Shown one piece after another: positions 14,331 to 23,597 of a stretch of DNA of 59,864 nucleotides. This stretch comes from Syntrophales bacterium (lineage in GTDB: Bacteria; Desulfobacterota; Syntrophia; Syntrophales; JADFWA01), in NCBI GenBank assembly GCA_030655775.1, contig JAUSPI010000186.1, positions 1 through 59,864 of the forward strand. Direction: 5' to 3'. The translations under genes and the position numbers were made by a program. Numbering within the stretch: position 1 is the stretch's first letter; the number at the start of each line of letters is the position of its first letter. The notes beneath the pieces were generated by a model that ran no database searches, had not been told where the DNA came from, and was given only the letters and a program-made list of their open reading frames with translations.

Positions 14331-17075
14331 ATGCGTAGATTTATGCTGTGGAGCCAGACTCACCCGTGGATTGTGATCGTTGGAGTTGCCATTATCACAA
14401 TTTTTGCCTTATACAGTGCCCGCAACATAAGGATCGATGCCTCAACGGAAGGTATGATGATCCAGGGAGATCCCGCCCAATACTATTATCAAGAAACCCT
14501 GAAAAAGTTCGGAACGGACAATATCACCGTCATATTTATCCAGGACAAAAACCTTTTTACCCCTGAAAAACTGAAACTGTTAGACAAACTGGTCTTTAAG
14601 TTCGAGGAATTACACGGAGTCAGTAAGGTTGAAAGTCTCTATTCCGTAACCAACTTCAAGGGAGTTGACGGGGCGCTCGAAACCAATCCCTTGATGGATT
14701 GGCCCCCCGAAACTCAGGAAGAGGCCGAACGGGTAAAAGCAGACGCCCTCCGAAACCCTGTTTTTCTGAACAGCTTGATTTCAAAAGATGGTACTGCCAC
14801 AGCAATAAACCTCTTTGTAGAGGGAGATCCTGATGATCCCGAATTTAATGTTAAGTTCTCCAGAGGGGTAGATGAAATCATAAAACCTTTCCAGAACCAG
14901 CTTGATACCATATTCCAGATTGGTCTTTCCTTCACCCGCCGTTTGATAAGCGATAATATTATAGGTGACACAGTCAAACTGGTGCCATTGTCAGCTTTTG
15001 TTCTCCTCATAACTTTGATTATATTTATGCGCTCTGCCAGTGGAGCCCTATTACCCATACTTACGGCGGGCACAAGTATCGTCTGTACCGCCGGTTTTAT
15101 GGCCCAGGTGAATATTCCTCTCAATGTGCTTACCGTTATCGTACCGGCCCTTATAATTGTTGTAGGCTCAACAGAGGACATACATATCCTTTCCGAATAT
15201 CTGGAAGGTGTGGAAGAAACGAGAGGCAACAGAGCTGAAGCTATCAGAATCATGGCGGGCAAAGTTGGCACGGCAGTGCTCCTTACCTCGTTAACGACTT
15301 TCATCGGGTTCCTTTCCATTACGTTAAACCAGATAACCCTGCTCAAACAATTTGGTGTTGTGGCTGCCTTTGGTCTTTTTGTTAATCCTGTTGCCACCTG
15401 TCTCCTCGCCCCGGTTTATCTCCATTTCTTCGGCCCTACAAAGGTCAAAACGTCCGGGGAACACAAGGCAAGTTTTACAGACCGCTTTTTCGGCGTTATT
15501 GCCAATAATATAATAAAAATTATTTACACCAATAAACGGCTGGTTCTTACTTTTTTTCTGGGTCTGGCTGCTATCATCGGACTTTTTACGTTGCAGGTCA
15601 ATGTAGATAATGATCTTTTAGGCTATTTCAAAAAGAATTCGGCAATACGTAGCCGTAGCCGGATACTTCATAAGGATTTAGCAGGTGCTCAGACCTTTTT
15701 TATCCGTATAAATAGTGGTTTTGCCGATACTTTTAAGCAGCCTGAAAACCTTGCTCAAATTGCTAAAATACAAAAATATATCTCCGAAAAAGGATGGTTC
15801 GACAAAACAAAGTCCCTGGCGGATGATATCTCACTCATACACAGAGAAATGAACAACGGCGATGAAAAATACTTCAAGCTGCCTGATTCAGCTGACCTTA
15901 TTGCCCAGTACCTCCTGTTCCTGCACAGGGACGAAATTTCCCGCTACGTCACTGCAGATTTCAGTGAAGCAAATATTCTGGTAAGACATAATGTCAGTTC
16001 ATCCTATGAACTTGCCGAGGTACTTCAAGACCTTGAGGAACACATTAAAAAAACTTTGAATCCTCATTTTTTATGGGGACTCACCGGCGAAAATATTCTC
16101 ATTAATACGGCGGCGGACAGCATGGCTGCAGGACAGGCAAAGTCTCTCTCCCTCGTTCTTGTTCTCATTTTTATTATTATGTCCATTCTATTTGTAAATG
16201 TTAAGGCTGGTGCACTTTCCCTCATCCCGAATCTATTTCCCATAGTTCTTAACTTTGGCATTATGGGTATTTTCGGTATTCCCCTAAATACCGGAACCGC
16301 AATGGTGGCGGCAATCGCCATTGGAATTGCCGTGGATGACACCATACATCTCATGACCCGCTATAACACTGAGATGCGACTGCTGCAAAGTCAGGATAAA
16401 GCCGTTAATGTGTGTATACACGCTGAAGCAAGGCCGGTTATTTCAACATCTATTGCTCTTGCTCTTGGGTTTGCCGTTCTGGGCTTTTCCAATTTTGTTC
16501 CCGTCATCAGTTTCGGCCTCCTTTCGTCAATGGTTATGATATTCGCCGTCATCGGTGATTTATTCATTACCCCTATTTTGCTCTCTTCAACTCAGCTTAT
16601 GACTCTGTGGGATATGTTGGGCCTTCATCTTCAAAAAGCTGTCATACAAAATGCGGCTTTGTTCCGGGATCTCAGACCATGGCAAATGAAAAGAGTCGTT
16701 CTGCTGGGCAGGATGCTCACCAATAAGGCCGGAGAATTGGCCGTGGTACAGGGAGAAGAGGGCTCAAGTATGTATCTCCTTCTCGAAGGCAGTGCCGAAG
16801 TGGTAACAAGGGATGAGAAAACCGGCAAGGATATCTTCCTTACCGAACTTAATCCCGGTGATGTTTTCGGTGAAATAGCCCTTGTAGAGCCCGGTCCACG
16901 ATCTGCCGACGTGCGTGCTTTAGAACCGATCAACTATCTCGAAATCGACTGGAATGGCCTTAAGAGAATTCAAAGAATTTACCCCCGCATTGCGAGTCGC
17001 TTGTTCCTCAATCTGTCACGGATTTTAGGGGGACGTCTGGTACAGACGGATAAACTTCTTCTTGAAACAAAATAG
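14331..17075 (+). CDS. MMPL/RND-superfamily transporter fused to a C-terminal cyclic-nucleotide-binding domain
   Basis: 914 aa. Two multi-TM bundles are separated by large soluble regions. The last ~140 aa carry the cNMP-binding signature (GDVFGEIALV...RSADVRA). Confidence 0.8.
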   Translation: MRRFMLWSQTHPWIVIVGVAIITIFALYSARNIRIDASTEGMMIQGDPAQYYYQETLKKFGTDNITVIFIQDKNLFTPEKLKLLDKLVFKFEELHGVSKVESLYSVTNFKGVDGALETNPLMDWPPETQEEAERVKADALRNPVFLNSLISKDGTATAINLFVEGDPDDPEFNVKFSRGVDEIIKPFQNQLDTIFQIGLSFTRRLISDNIIGDTVKLVPLSAFVLLITLIIFMRSASGALLPILTAGTSIVCTAGFMAQVNIPLNVLTVIVPALIIVVGSTEDIHILSEYLEGVEETRGNRAEAIRIMAGKVGTAVLLTSLTTFIGFLSITLNQITLLKQFGVVAAFGLFVNPVATCLLAPVYLHFFGPTKVKTSGEHKASFTDRFFGVIANNIIKIIYTNKRLVLTFFLGLAAIIGLFTLQVNVDNDLLGYFKKNSAIRSRSRILHKDLAGAQTFFIRINSGFADTFKQPENLAQIAKIQKYISEKGWFDKTKSLADDISLIHREMNNGDEKYFKLPDSADLIAQYLLFLHRDEISRYVTADFSEANILVRHNVSSSYELAEVLQDLEEHIKKTLNPHFLWGLTGENILINTAADSMAAGQAKSLSLVLVLIFIIMSILFVNVKAGALSLIPNLFPIVLNFGIMGIFGIPLNTGTAMVAAIAIGIAVDDTIHLMTRYNTEMRLLQSQDKAVNVCIHAEARPVISTSIALALGFAVLGFSNFVPVISFGLLSSMVMIFAVIGDLFITPILLSSTQLMTLWDMLGLHLQKAVIQNAALFRDLRPWQMKRVVLLGRMLTNKAGELAVVQGEEGSSMYLLLEGSAEVVTRDEKTGKDIFLTELNPGDVFGEIALVEPGPRSADVRALEPINYLEIDWNGLKRIQRIYPRIASRLFLNLSRILGGRLVQTDKLLLETK

Positions 17076-17091
17076 ATTAAAAAAAGGATAG

Positions 17092-18555
17092 ATGATTATG
17101 AACCGTATAAAATATTTGGTCGCATTTTTTTTAGTTCTTTTCCTCGCCTTTAGTTCTCAGCAGGCAATGGGCGCTGATGATCTTGATCTGCTAAATGACC
17201 TGGACAAGGAAATGTCAACCACAAAAGAGAAATCAAGTAGTGACCTTGATCTTCTCGACCAATTAGAGGCGGTGCCGGCTGAAGAAAAGGAGGATCCATT
17301 TAAACACCTCACCCAGATTAGCAAGAACTTCAAGGGAAGTCTTCGATTGCGCGGCCATGTTTTCTTGCGAGAACCGGAAGACCGGGAAGGTATCGATGAA
17401 CGGAATCCTGTTGGAGAGGCCTTGCTTCGTTTCAATACATGGACCGGCAATGACAGATTACGCTTGAACTTTTCAGGCTGGCTCGAGGCTGGAAGTCAAC
17501 AAGATACGTACGAAGGAATATTCCGGTGGCTCCAGGACAACGACCGTCAACGGCGCTATCTGGAATTGAATGAACTATACCTTACTCTCTTCCAGGACAG
17601 CTATGACGTAACATTGGGCAAAAAGATCTTCAAGAACGGAATTTCGACACTCTTCTCCCCTGCCGACAGATACCGTTTCACGGATTCGAATGACCCGATA
17701 GATCCTAAAGATTTTGGCATGTGGCAAACGAGGCTGGATTATTACCTTGAAAAGTTCACCATCACGGGAGCTATCTTGCCCGTATTCAATACGGGTAAAG
17801 TCCCCAGTGGACATTCCCGCTGGTCAGGTGATACGGGAGACTATGACATTTACGAAGAAGATATCTCCGACAAAGACATCGAGGAAGATTTCCCCACCAT
17901 TTCAATTAATAACGTCAGTTATTTTGCCAGGGGCAAGACGACCTTCCGCGGCTGGGATCTCTTCTTCTCAGCATATCATGGCCTGAACCCATACTATGTC
18001 CTGAGGGAGGAACAACGAGGAAGTAAAACGGTAGCTATCAAGGAAAACGTAAAGGTAGGTAACTACGCCGCCGGTTTCTCTACTGCATACAAAAAATGGG
18101 AATTTCATGGTGAAGGTCTGTTTAACTTCAGCTATGACGGGAAAGATGACAACTATGTCAGCCTCGTGGGAGGCTTTACCTATACAGTTGATGAATTGGC
18201 GAAAAAGGTTTTTCTCGAGAAAATCGATATAACCATTGAATATGCCAACGAGATTATTACAAAGAAGCAATATGCCGACGGTTATACGAGAAGTTCACGG
18301 AAAAGCAGGTTGGGTCAAAATAACATATTCACGAGGGTGAATTTCAAATATAATGAAGACTTGAGTTTTCAATATATTTCAGATTTCGAATTCGATCCAT
18401 CAGGTCGATACAATCGGTTTCAGTCCGAATATAAAATCAGGCCGGGGCTTGAATGGACGGTCGCAGCCGAATTCTTCAACGGCAAAAGTGACAGCTTTTA
18501 TGGCAGATGGGAACGGAACGATCGGCTTATAACCGCCTTCAAATACAGCTTCTAA
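17092..18555 (+). CDS. secreted putative outer-membrane beta-barrel protein
   Basis: 487 aa with a signal peptide ending SSQQAMG, an acidic linker and aromatic-rich alternating segments. The C-terminal ...AFKYSF is typical of OMP termini. Confidence 0.6.
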   Translation: MIMNRIKYLVAFFLVLFLAFSSQQAMGADDLDLLNDLDKEMSTTKEKSSSDLDLLDQLEAVPAEEKEDPFKHLTQISKNFKGSLRLRGHVFLREPEDREGIDERNPVGEALLRFNTWTGNDRLRLNFSGWLEAGSQQDTYEGIFRWLQDNDRQRRYLELNELYLTLFQDSYDVTLGKKIFKNGISTLFSPADRYRFTDSNDPIDPKDFGMWQTRLDYYLEKFTITGAILPVFNTGKVPSGHSRWSGDTGDYDIYEEDISDKDIEEDFPTISINNVSYFARGKTTFRGWDLFFSAYHGLNPYYVLREEQRGSKTVAIKENVKVGNYAAGFSTAYKKWEFHGEGLFNFSYDGKDDNYVSLVGGFTYTVDELAKKVFLEKIDITIEYANEIITKKQYADGYTRSSRKSRLGQNNIFTRVNFKYNEDLSFQYISDFEFDPSGRYNRFQSEYKIRPGLEWTVAAEFFNGKSDSFYGRWERNDRLITAFKYSF

Positions 18556-18582
18556 GGTGATTTAATCCGGCAAAGCCGCAAC

Positions 18583-18668
18583 CAGAAGTCAGTAGTCAGG
18601 AGACAGAAGTCAGAATAAAAAACTATTCCGCTTCCATATATGTATTCTGAATTCTGACTACTGTCTTC
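18583..18668. repeat. Family E palindrome (agtcag. heptads), copy E1
   Basis: cagaagtcagtagtcaggagacagaagtcagaat ... attctgaattctgactactgtcttc. Confidence 0.7.
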
Positions 18669-18687
18669 GTTTGTGGTCATATTAATG

Positions 18688-18731
18688 CCAACATCTGCGC
18701 AAAAAACGCAGTTGTTGTGAATAAAGACTCT
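18688..18731. repeat. Family H conserved hairpin module, copy H1
   Basis: ccaacatctgcgcaaaaaacgcagttgttgtgaataaagactct. Near-identical to 28242-28285 and 31616-31659. Confidence 0.8.
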
Positions 18732-18746
18732 AAGGCCTAAGCTGAT

Positions 18747-18787
18747 AACTTTAGGCACTTTAGCTCACTTTAGACACTTTAGTCACT
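18747..18787. repeat. Family A arm (single), abutting the asd stop codon
   Basis: aactttaggcactttagctcactttagacactttagtcact. The asd stop (18783-18785) lies inside it. Confidence 0.65.
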
Positions 18788-19805
18788 CTTTTAAATAGTC
18801 CCTGATAAGAACTTCGGCAATCTGAATAGCGTTAAGAGCTGCCCCCTTCCTCAGGTTGTCCGATACTATCCACATATTGATCCCGTTTGCTATTGACTCA
18901 TCTTCTCTTATTCTTCCCACAAAAGTATCGTCCTTGCCTGTGGCATTTATTGCAAGAGGATACTCAGATTTGCCTGGGTTATCAACAACAACTACTCCCG
19001 GTGCTGTTGAAAGTATGTCTCTAACCTCTCCAGGTGTGATTTTTCTTTCAGTTTCAATGTTGACCGATTCTGAATGAGAATAAAAAACAGGGACTCTCAC
19101 CGTGGTTGCGGTAATGGCTATCGAATCATCTTCCAAAATCTTTTTGGTTTCGTTCACCATCTTCATTTCTTCTTTGGTATAACCATTATCCAGGAAGACG
19201 TCTATATGCGGCAGACAGTTAAAAGCAATCCTGTGGGGATATACCTCCACCTTTGGTTCATTAAGACTCAAAAGCGCTTTTGTCTGTTCAGTAAGTTCTT
19301 CAATAGCATCTTTACCTGTTCCTGACACAGACTGATAGGTAGACACCACAATTCTCTTTATTTTAACTGCATCGTGAATCGGCTTCAAGGCCACAACCAT
19401 CTGGATTGTTGAACAATTCGGATTCGCTATGATGCCCTTTGTCTTATACTGCCCGATCGCTTCAGGGTTCACCTCAGGTACAACGAGAGGGACTGCGGGG
19501 TCCATTCTGAAGGCACTGGTATTATCTATAACTACACATCCTGCCCCGACAGCAAGAGGTGCAAAACGCTCACTGATACTACCGCCGGCCGAAAAGAGAC
19601 CTATTTCTATCCCTTCAAAAGAATCTTCATCCAACACCTTTACGGGATAGGATTTCCCTTTAAACTCCAACATCTTTTCCTGGGAGCGTTCCGATGCAAG
19701 GAGCGTCAATTCGCCTACCGGAAAATCCCTCTCTTCCAAGATCTTAATCATCTCATTTCCTACAGCACCCGTCGCACCGACAACCGCCACATTGTATTTC
19801 CTCAT
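18783..19805 (-). CDS. asd: aspartate-semialdehyde dehydrogenase
   Basis: 340 aa with VGATGAVG NAD-binding motif and the active-site NPNCSTI. Confidence 0.95.
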   Translation of the reverse strand: MRKYNVAVVGATGAVGNEMIKILEERDFPVGELTLLASERSQEKMLEFKGKSYPVKVLDEDSFEGIEIGLFSAGGSISERFAPLAVGAGCVVIDNTSAFRMDPAVPLVVPEVNPEAIGQYKTKGIIANPNCSTIQMVVALKPIHDAVKIKRIVVSTYQSVSGTGKDAIEELTEQTKALLSLNEPKVEVYPHRIAFNCLPHIDVFLDNGYTKEEMKMVNETKKILEDDSIAITATTVRVPVFYSHSESVNIETERKITPGEVRDILSTAPGVVVVDNPGKSEYPLAINATGKDDTFVGRIREDESIANGINMWIVSDNLRKGAALNAIQIAEVLIRDYLKE

Positions 19806-19827
19806 ATAATTAACTCCTTACTCATTG

Positions 19828-19975
19828 ACAAGATCGCAAAAAGTCATAAACTGCACCATTTGTCATCCTGAACTTGTTTCAGGATCTCACTTGTTTCAGC
19901 ATCTAATTATTTCAGTAAGTTAGAGACCCTGAAATAAATTCAGGGTGACAAAAAATGACTTTTCACGGGTGCATC
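19828..19975 (-). mobile_element. Family B MITE, older copy (degenerate left TIR and TSD)
   Basis: ..cgcaaaaagtcataaactgcaccatttgtcatcctgaacttgtttcagg...gaccctgaaataaattcagggtgacaaaaaatgacttttcacgggtgcat. Flanks actcattg / acttatta match at 6 of 8 positions. Confidence 0.65.
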
Positions 19976-20756
19976 ACTTATTAATTCCCAATTCTTGCTT
20001 CTGCGCCTCTGTTTTTTCTTTAGAGCTCCTCTTCTTCACAACGTTCGACAGCTTCCACACAGGACCGGAGATGCTATAACCCACGGCAAAGGTAAAAAGC
20101 ATTATCTGAGGCTCTGCAACAACTATAATCAGAAGAACAACAATTACGAAAAAAGTCATAAAGGGTTTTCGTGAAAAAAGATTCAGGTCTTTGAAACTGT
20201 AATATTTTATATTGCTGACCATCAATACGGAAAGTACTATAATACCGATTAATATGGATGGGTGATTAAGCTGCCCTACTCCCCCCAGATAATAGAAAAG
20301 GAGTACCCCTGTTGCCACAACTGAAGCAGCGGCCGGTATAGGGAGCCCGTTGAATACCTTGCTCTCTATAATGTCAATCTGAATGTTAAATCTCGCAAGC
20401 CTCAGTGCCCCGCAGACAACAAACAGAAACGAGGCGAGCCAACCCCATCTGCCGAAGGGGGAAAGTGACCATGTATACGAAAGGATTGCGGGTGCAACAC
20501 CAAAAGCAACCAAGTCCGCCAGAGAATCATATTCAGCACCAAACTTGCTCACCGTACGGGTCATCCTGGCTATTCTTCCATCGAGCGCATCAAGAACAGC
20601 GGCAACCAGAATCGCAATTGCGGCCCGGGAAAAATCTTCTCTCATCGAAAAGACTATCGCATAAAATCCAAAAAAAAGACTGGCCGTGGTAAAGAGGTTC
20701 GGCAGGATATAAATCCCTTTTTTCATGTTATCTTTCTTAATTCTTTTCTTGTTCAT
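19974..20756 (-). CDS. pssA: CDP-diacylglycerol--serine O-phosphatidyltransferase
   Basis: CDP-alcohol phosphatidyltransferase motif DALDGRIAR...GAEYDSLADLV. ATGA overlap with the psd stop. Confidence 0.9.
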   Translation of the reverse strand: MNKKRIKKDNMKKGIYILPNLFTTASLFFGFYAIVFSMREDFSRAAIAILVAAVLDALDGRIARMTRTVSKFGAEYDSLADLVAFGVAPAILSYTWSLSPFGRWGWLASFLFVVCGALRLARFNIQIDIIESKVFNGLPIPAAASVVATGVLLFYYLGGVGQLNHPSILIGIIVLSVLMVSNIKYYSFKDLNLFSRKPFMTFFVIVVLLIIVVAEPQIMLFTFAVGYSISGPVWKLSNVVKKRSSKEKTEAQKQELGINK

Positions 20757-21394
20757 GTCAGATATCCAATCGGCGTCTCGCCACCCTTGACCCTGTCTCC
20801 CACTTTTACTGAAATGGTTGAATCAAGGGGAAGAAAAACTTCGAGTCTCGACCCAAAACGGATAAGACCGAAACGCTGCCCTTTTGTAACATTCATCCCC
20901 TCTTTTATCCGGCAGACAATTCTCCTGGCTATCAGCCCTGCTATTTGAACGACAAGAATTTCCTGCCCATCATCAGTCTTAACAAGTACTGAGTTTTTTT
21001 CATTGAGAGACGAAGCTTTATCCAGATTAGCAGAAAAAAACTTGCCCTTTCTGTATAGAATACTCTCCACCCTGCCGGAACAGGGTATCCTGTTTACATG
21101 AACATTGAAGACACTCATAAATATGCTTATTTTCTTAAATCTGCCCTTTAATATGGTATCTTCCCTGATTTCTTCTATTCTGATAACTCTTCCATCGGCT
21201 GGTGATATAACCTCTTTCCCCCCCTCGGGAATGTTTCTTTTCGGATCACGGAAAAACCAGATGACAAATGAAGAAGCAATAAAGAAGAAAGCTGTCCACC
21301 AATACATTCCTACAGCCCCCAGAATAATCGTTGTGATTACAAGGGGCAGGATAAAGATTAACCCTTCACGAGCTATGCGATTACTATAATCCAT
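20753..21394 (-). CDS. psd: phosphatidylserine decarboxylase proenzyme (short type)
   Basis: Carries the self-cleavage-type FGSR motif. Start set at MDYSNRIAREG (21394), and the longer ORF upstream would overlap the neighbouring gene. Confidence 0.85.
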   Translation of the reverse strand: MDYSNRIAREGLIFILPLVITTIILGAVGMYWWTAFFFIASSFVIWFFRDPKRNIPEGGKEVISPADGRVIRIEEIREDTILKGRFKKISIFMSVFNVHVNRIPCSGRVESILYRKGKFFSANLDKASSLNEKNSVLVKTDDGQEILVVQIAGLIARRIVCRIKEGMNVTKGQRFGLIRFGSRLEVFLPLDSTISVKVGDRVKGGETPIGYLT

Positions 21395-21407
21395 AATTTT
21401 ACCAACT

Positions 21408-21632
21408 TCAGGCCTCACGATATTGTGACAAGATTTTAAAAATCTTATCCTTGCCCCTGAGTTTCGTTTTCTGAATTTCCTTTTTTTCCATCTCCTCTTC
21501 TGGTGTGAGATGGAGTCTTCTGTTAAAATCTTCCAGGATAGCTTCAAGCTTTCCATGATCTTCCACAAACTTTTTTAACTCTTCGTCTTGATCAATATAC
21601 CTTGCTATCAAATCCTCTTCTACTTTTTCCAT
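21408..21632 (-). CDS. DUF465 (YdcH-like) small coiled-coil protein
   Basis: 74-aa charged helical ORF, matching the family recalled from its length and sequence pattern. Confidence 0.6.
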   Translation of the reverse strand: MEKVEEDLIARYIDQDEELKKFVEDHGKLEAILEDFNRRLHLTPEEEMEKKEIQKTKLRGKDKIFKILSQYREA

Positions 21633-21700
21633 AAATCACTGCCCTCCCAGCAAAATAGGTTTAGTTTAAGAGCGCTGTACGGGCTTTGAAAATCGGCCCC

Positions 21701-22393
21701 CTATTTACCTGCAACCCTTTTCATTTCTGCCTCAGAGAGGCGAAGATATTGAGGGATAAAAGTCATTATATCCAGGACATCTCCCTCAATAAATTTATTC
21801 ATTCCTAAAAGGCCTACCGTAGAAGCCTTTATATATTGAAGGTGTGATAATGCAAAATACGATTTGTCAGGCAAAATTTCCTTGATAAGCCCACAGTAGT
21901 TTATTGCGCCATCACCAAGAAATATAACCTCCTCATCAATGCCCTTCAAAAATGTCTCGGGATCAACAATCATTTCTCCCACTATCTTTTCCGGCATGCC
22001 TCTTCTTCGGGATCTGTAAAGTGCAGTGTATACCTCTTTTTTTCTGGCATCTAACATGGGACAGATTGTGATCGTCGAGTTAGCAACGTTCAAAGCAAGG
22101 GCATCTATAGAGGATACTCCGACAACCGGTTTGTCTGCAGCAAGGGCAAGCCCTTTAACCGTACTTACACCCACACGGAGCCCTGTAAATGAACCGGGGC
22201 CTACCGTCAATGCAAATAAATCTACCTCCGCTATCTCTGTCCCCGCAACTGAAAGTATTCTCTCTATTGCGGGCAGAAGCGTTTCCGAGTGATTTATGCC
22301 TACATTTATCAGACACTCAGCCAGGACAGAATCACTGTTCAGAAGTGCAACGCTTCCACTTTGTGTAGATGTATCAACCGCTAATGTCAACAT
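21701..22393 (-). CDS. tsaB: tRNA t6A biosynthesis protein TsaB
   Basis: MLTLAVDTSTQSGSVALL...TVGPGSFTGLRVG is the YeaZ/TsaB signature. Confidence 0.9.
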   Translation of the reverse strand: MLTLAVDTSTQSGSVALLNSDSVLAECLINVGINHSETLLPAIERILSVAGTEIAEVDLFALTVGPGSFTGLRVGVSTVKGLALAADKPVVGVSSIDALALNVANSTITICPMLDARKKEVYTALYRSRRRGMPEKIVGEMIVDPETFLKGIDEEVIFLGDGAINYCGLIKEILPDKSYFALSHLQYIKASTVGLLGMNKFIEGDVLDIMTFIPQYLRLSEAEMKRVAGK

Positions 22394-22525
22394 ACTATTT
22401 ATGTTAAAATATCACAACGCAAATACTTTTTTCTTTTGGACTTTTTAAGTGTTAAGCGGACCACCGGCACGATAAAAGCCTTTCGCCTGATTTTTTGTTT
22501 CTACTGAAAACTGACCGCTGCCTGT

Positions 22526-23593
22526 CTACTGTCCAAATATCCTCACAATATCATTATAAAAAACAAATATCATCAACATTATCAACAGAGCAAATCCTAT
22601 CTGCTGTGCCATCTCTCTCCATTTAACATTTACTTCCCTGCCCGATATCAGCTCAATAATGAAGAATAAAAGATGCCCTCCATCAAGAAGGGGAACGGGA
22701 AAGAGATTGATTATTCCAAGATTTATACTGAGCAGAGCCATAAAAAATATAAACGGAATTATTCCTTCCTGGGCACGTGCCCCTGCCATCTGTGCAATCA
22801 GTATAGGACCACCCAATGTTTTGGCCGAAAGTTTACCCTCAACCATTTTTACAATACTAATCAGTGTAATCTTTGTAATATACCATGTCTGTTCAATTCC
22901 GGCCCACAATGCACTGAAAGGATTTAACCGTTCAATTATGGTATGCGAAGAAGCCTTTATTCCTATTTTATATGAATCAACCTTCTCACCAAAAATATTT
23001 TCTGATCTTATCAGTTCTGCCTTTAATCTAAAATCTTCTATCTTTCTATTTCTCTCTACTCTTATCTCCAGTTCACGCCCTTCACTATTAACGATAATGC
23101 CGGCAAGCTCACCCCAGTCCGAGACATCCTCACCGTTAATGGCTAATATGATGTCTCCCCCTTTGATCCCCGCTTGAAAGGCAGGAGACCCCTTTTGAAC
23201 ATCACCGACTTCCGGGGTGAGAACTGGGACTCCGACCATGTAAACGATGGCGAACACTATTATAGCAAAAAGGAAATTGAAGACAGGTCCCGCCGCAACG
23301 ATTCCTATCCTCCTCAGTACATGTTGTCTCAGGAAAGATCTTTTTTCATCATCCTCCGACAATTGATCATCTGATGACTCCCCCAGAAGTTTTACATAGC
23401 CGCCAAGAGGTATCATTGAAATAATATATTCCGTTTCACCGATCTTTTTCCCGACCAGCTTTGGCCCAAATCCGAGAGAAAACTTTAACACACCAACCCC
23501 TGCCCACTTGGCCACGAGAAAATGACCTAACTCATGAACAAAGACTAATATTCCCAGAAGGATGATTACTGATATTATATTTATACTAACCAA
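22526..23593 (-). CDS. rseP: RIP site-2 metalloprotease RseP
   Basis: HELGHF zinc motif, a PDZ region, and the NLFPVPLLDGGH motif. Confidence 0.93.
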   Translation of the reverse strand: MVSINIISVIILLGILVFVHELGHFLVAKWAGVGVLKFSLGFGPKLVGKKIGETEYIISMIPLGGYVKLLGESSDDQLSEDDEKRSFLRQHVLRRIGIVAAGPVFNFLFAIIVFAIVYMVGVPVLTPEVGDVQKGSPAFQAGIKGGDIILAINGEDVSDWGELAGIIVNSEGRELEIRVERNRKIEDFRLKAELIRSENIFGEKVDSYKIGIKASSHTIIERLNPFSALWAGIEQTWYITKITLISIVKMVEGKLSAKTLGGPILIAQMAGARAQEGIIPFIFFMALLSINLGIINLFPVPLLDGGHLLFFIIELISGREVNVKWREMAQQIGFALLIMLMIFVFYNDIVRIFGQ

Positions 23594-23597
23594 GCAC

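Noticed and set aside
14714-15397. 227-aa minus-strand ORF inside the MMPL gene, along with similar long antisense ORFs at 32967-33539 and 39264-39848
   Set aside because: These are antisense shadows of long, well-supported genes (the MMPL transporter, secA and the M16 peptidase). They have no independent signals.
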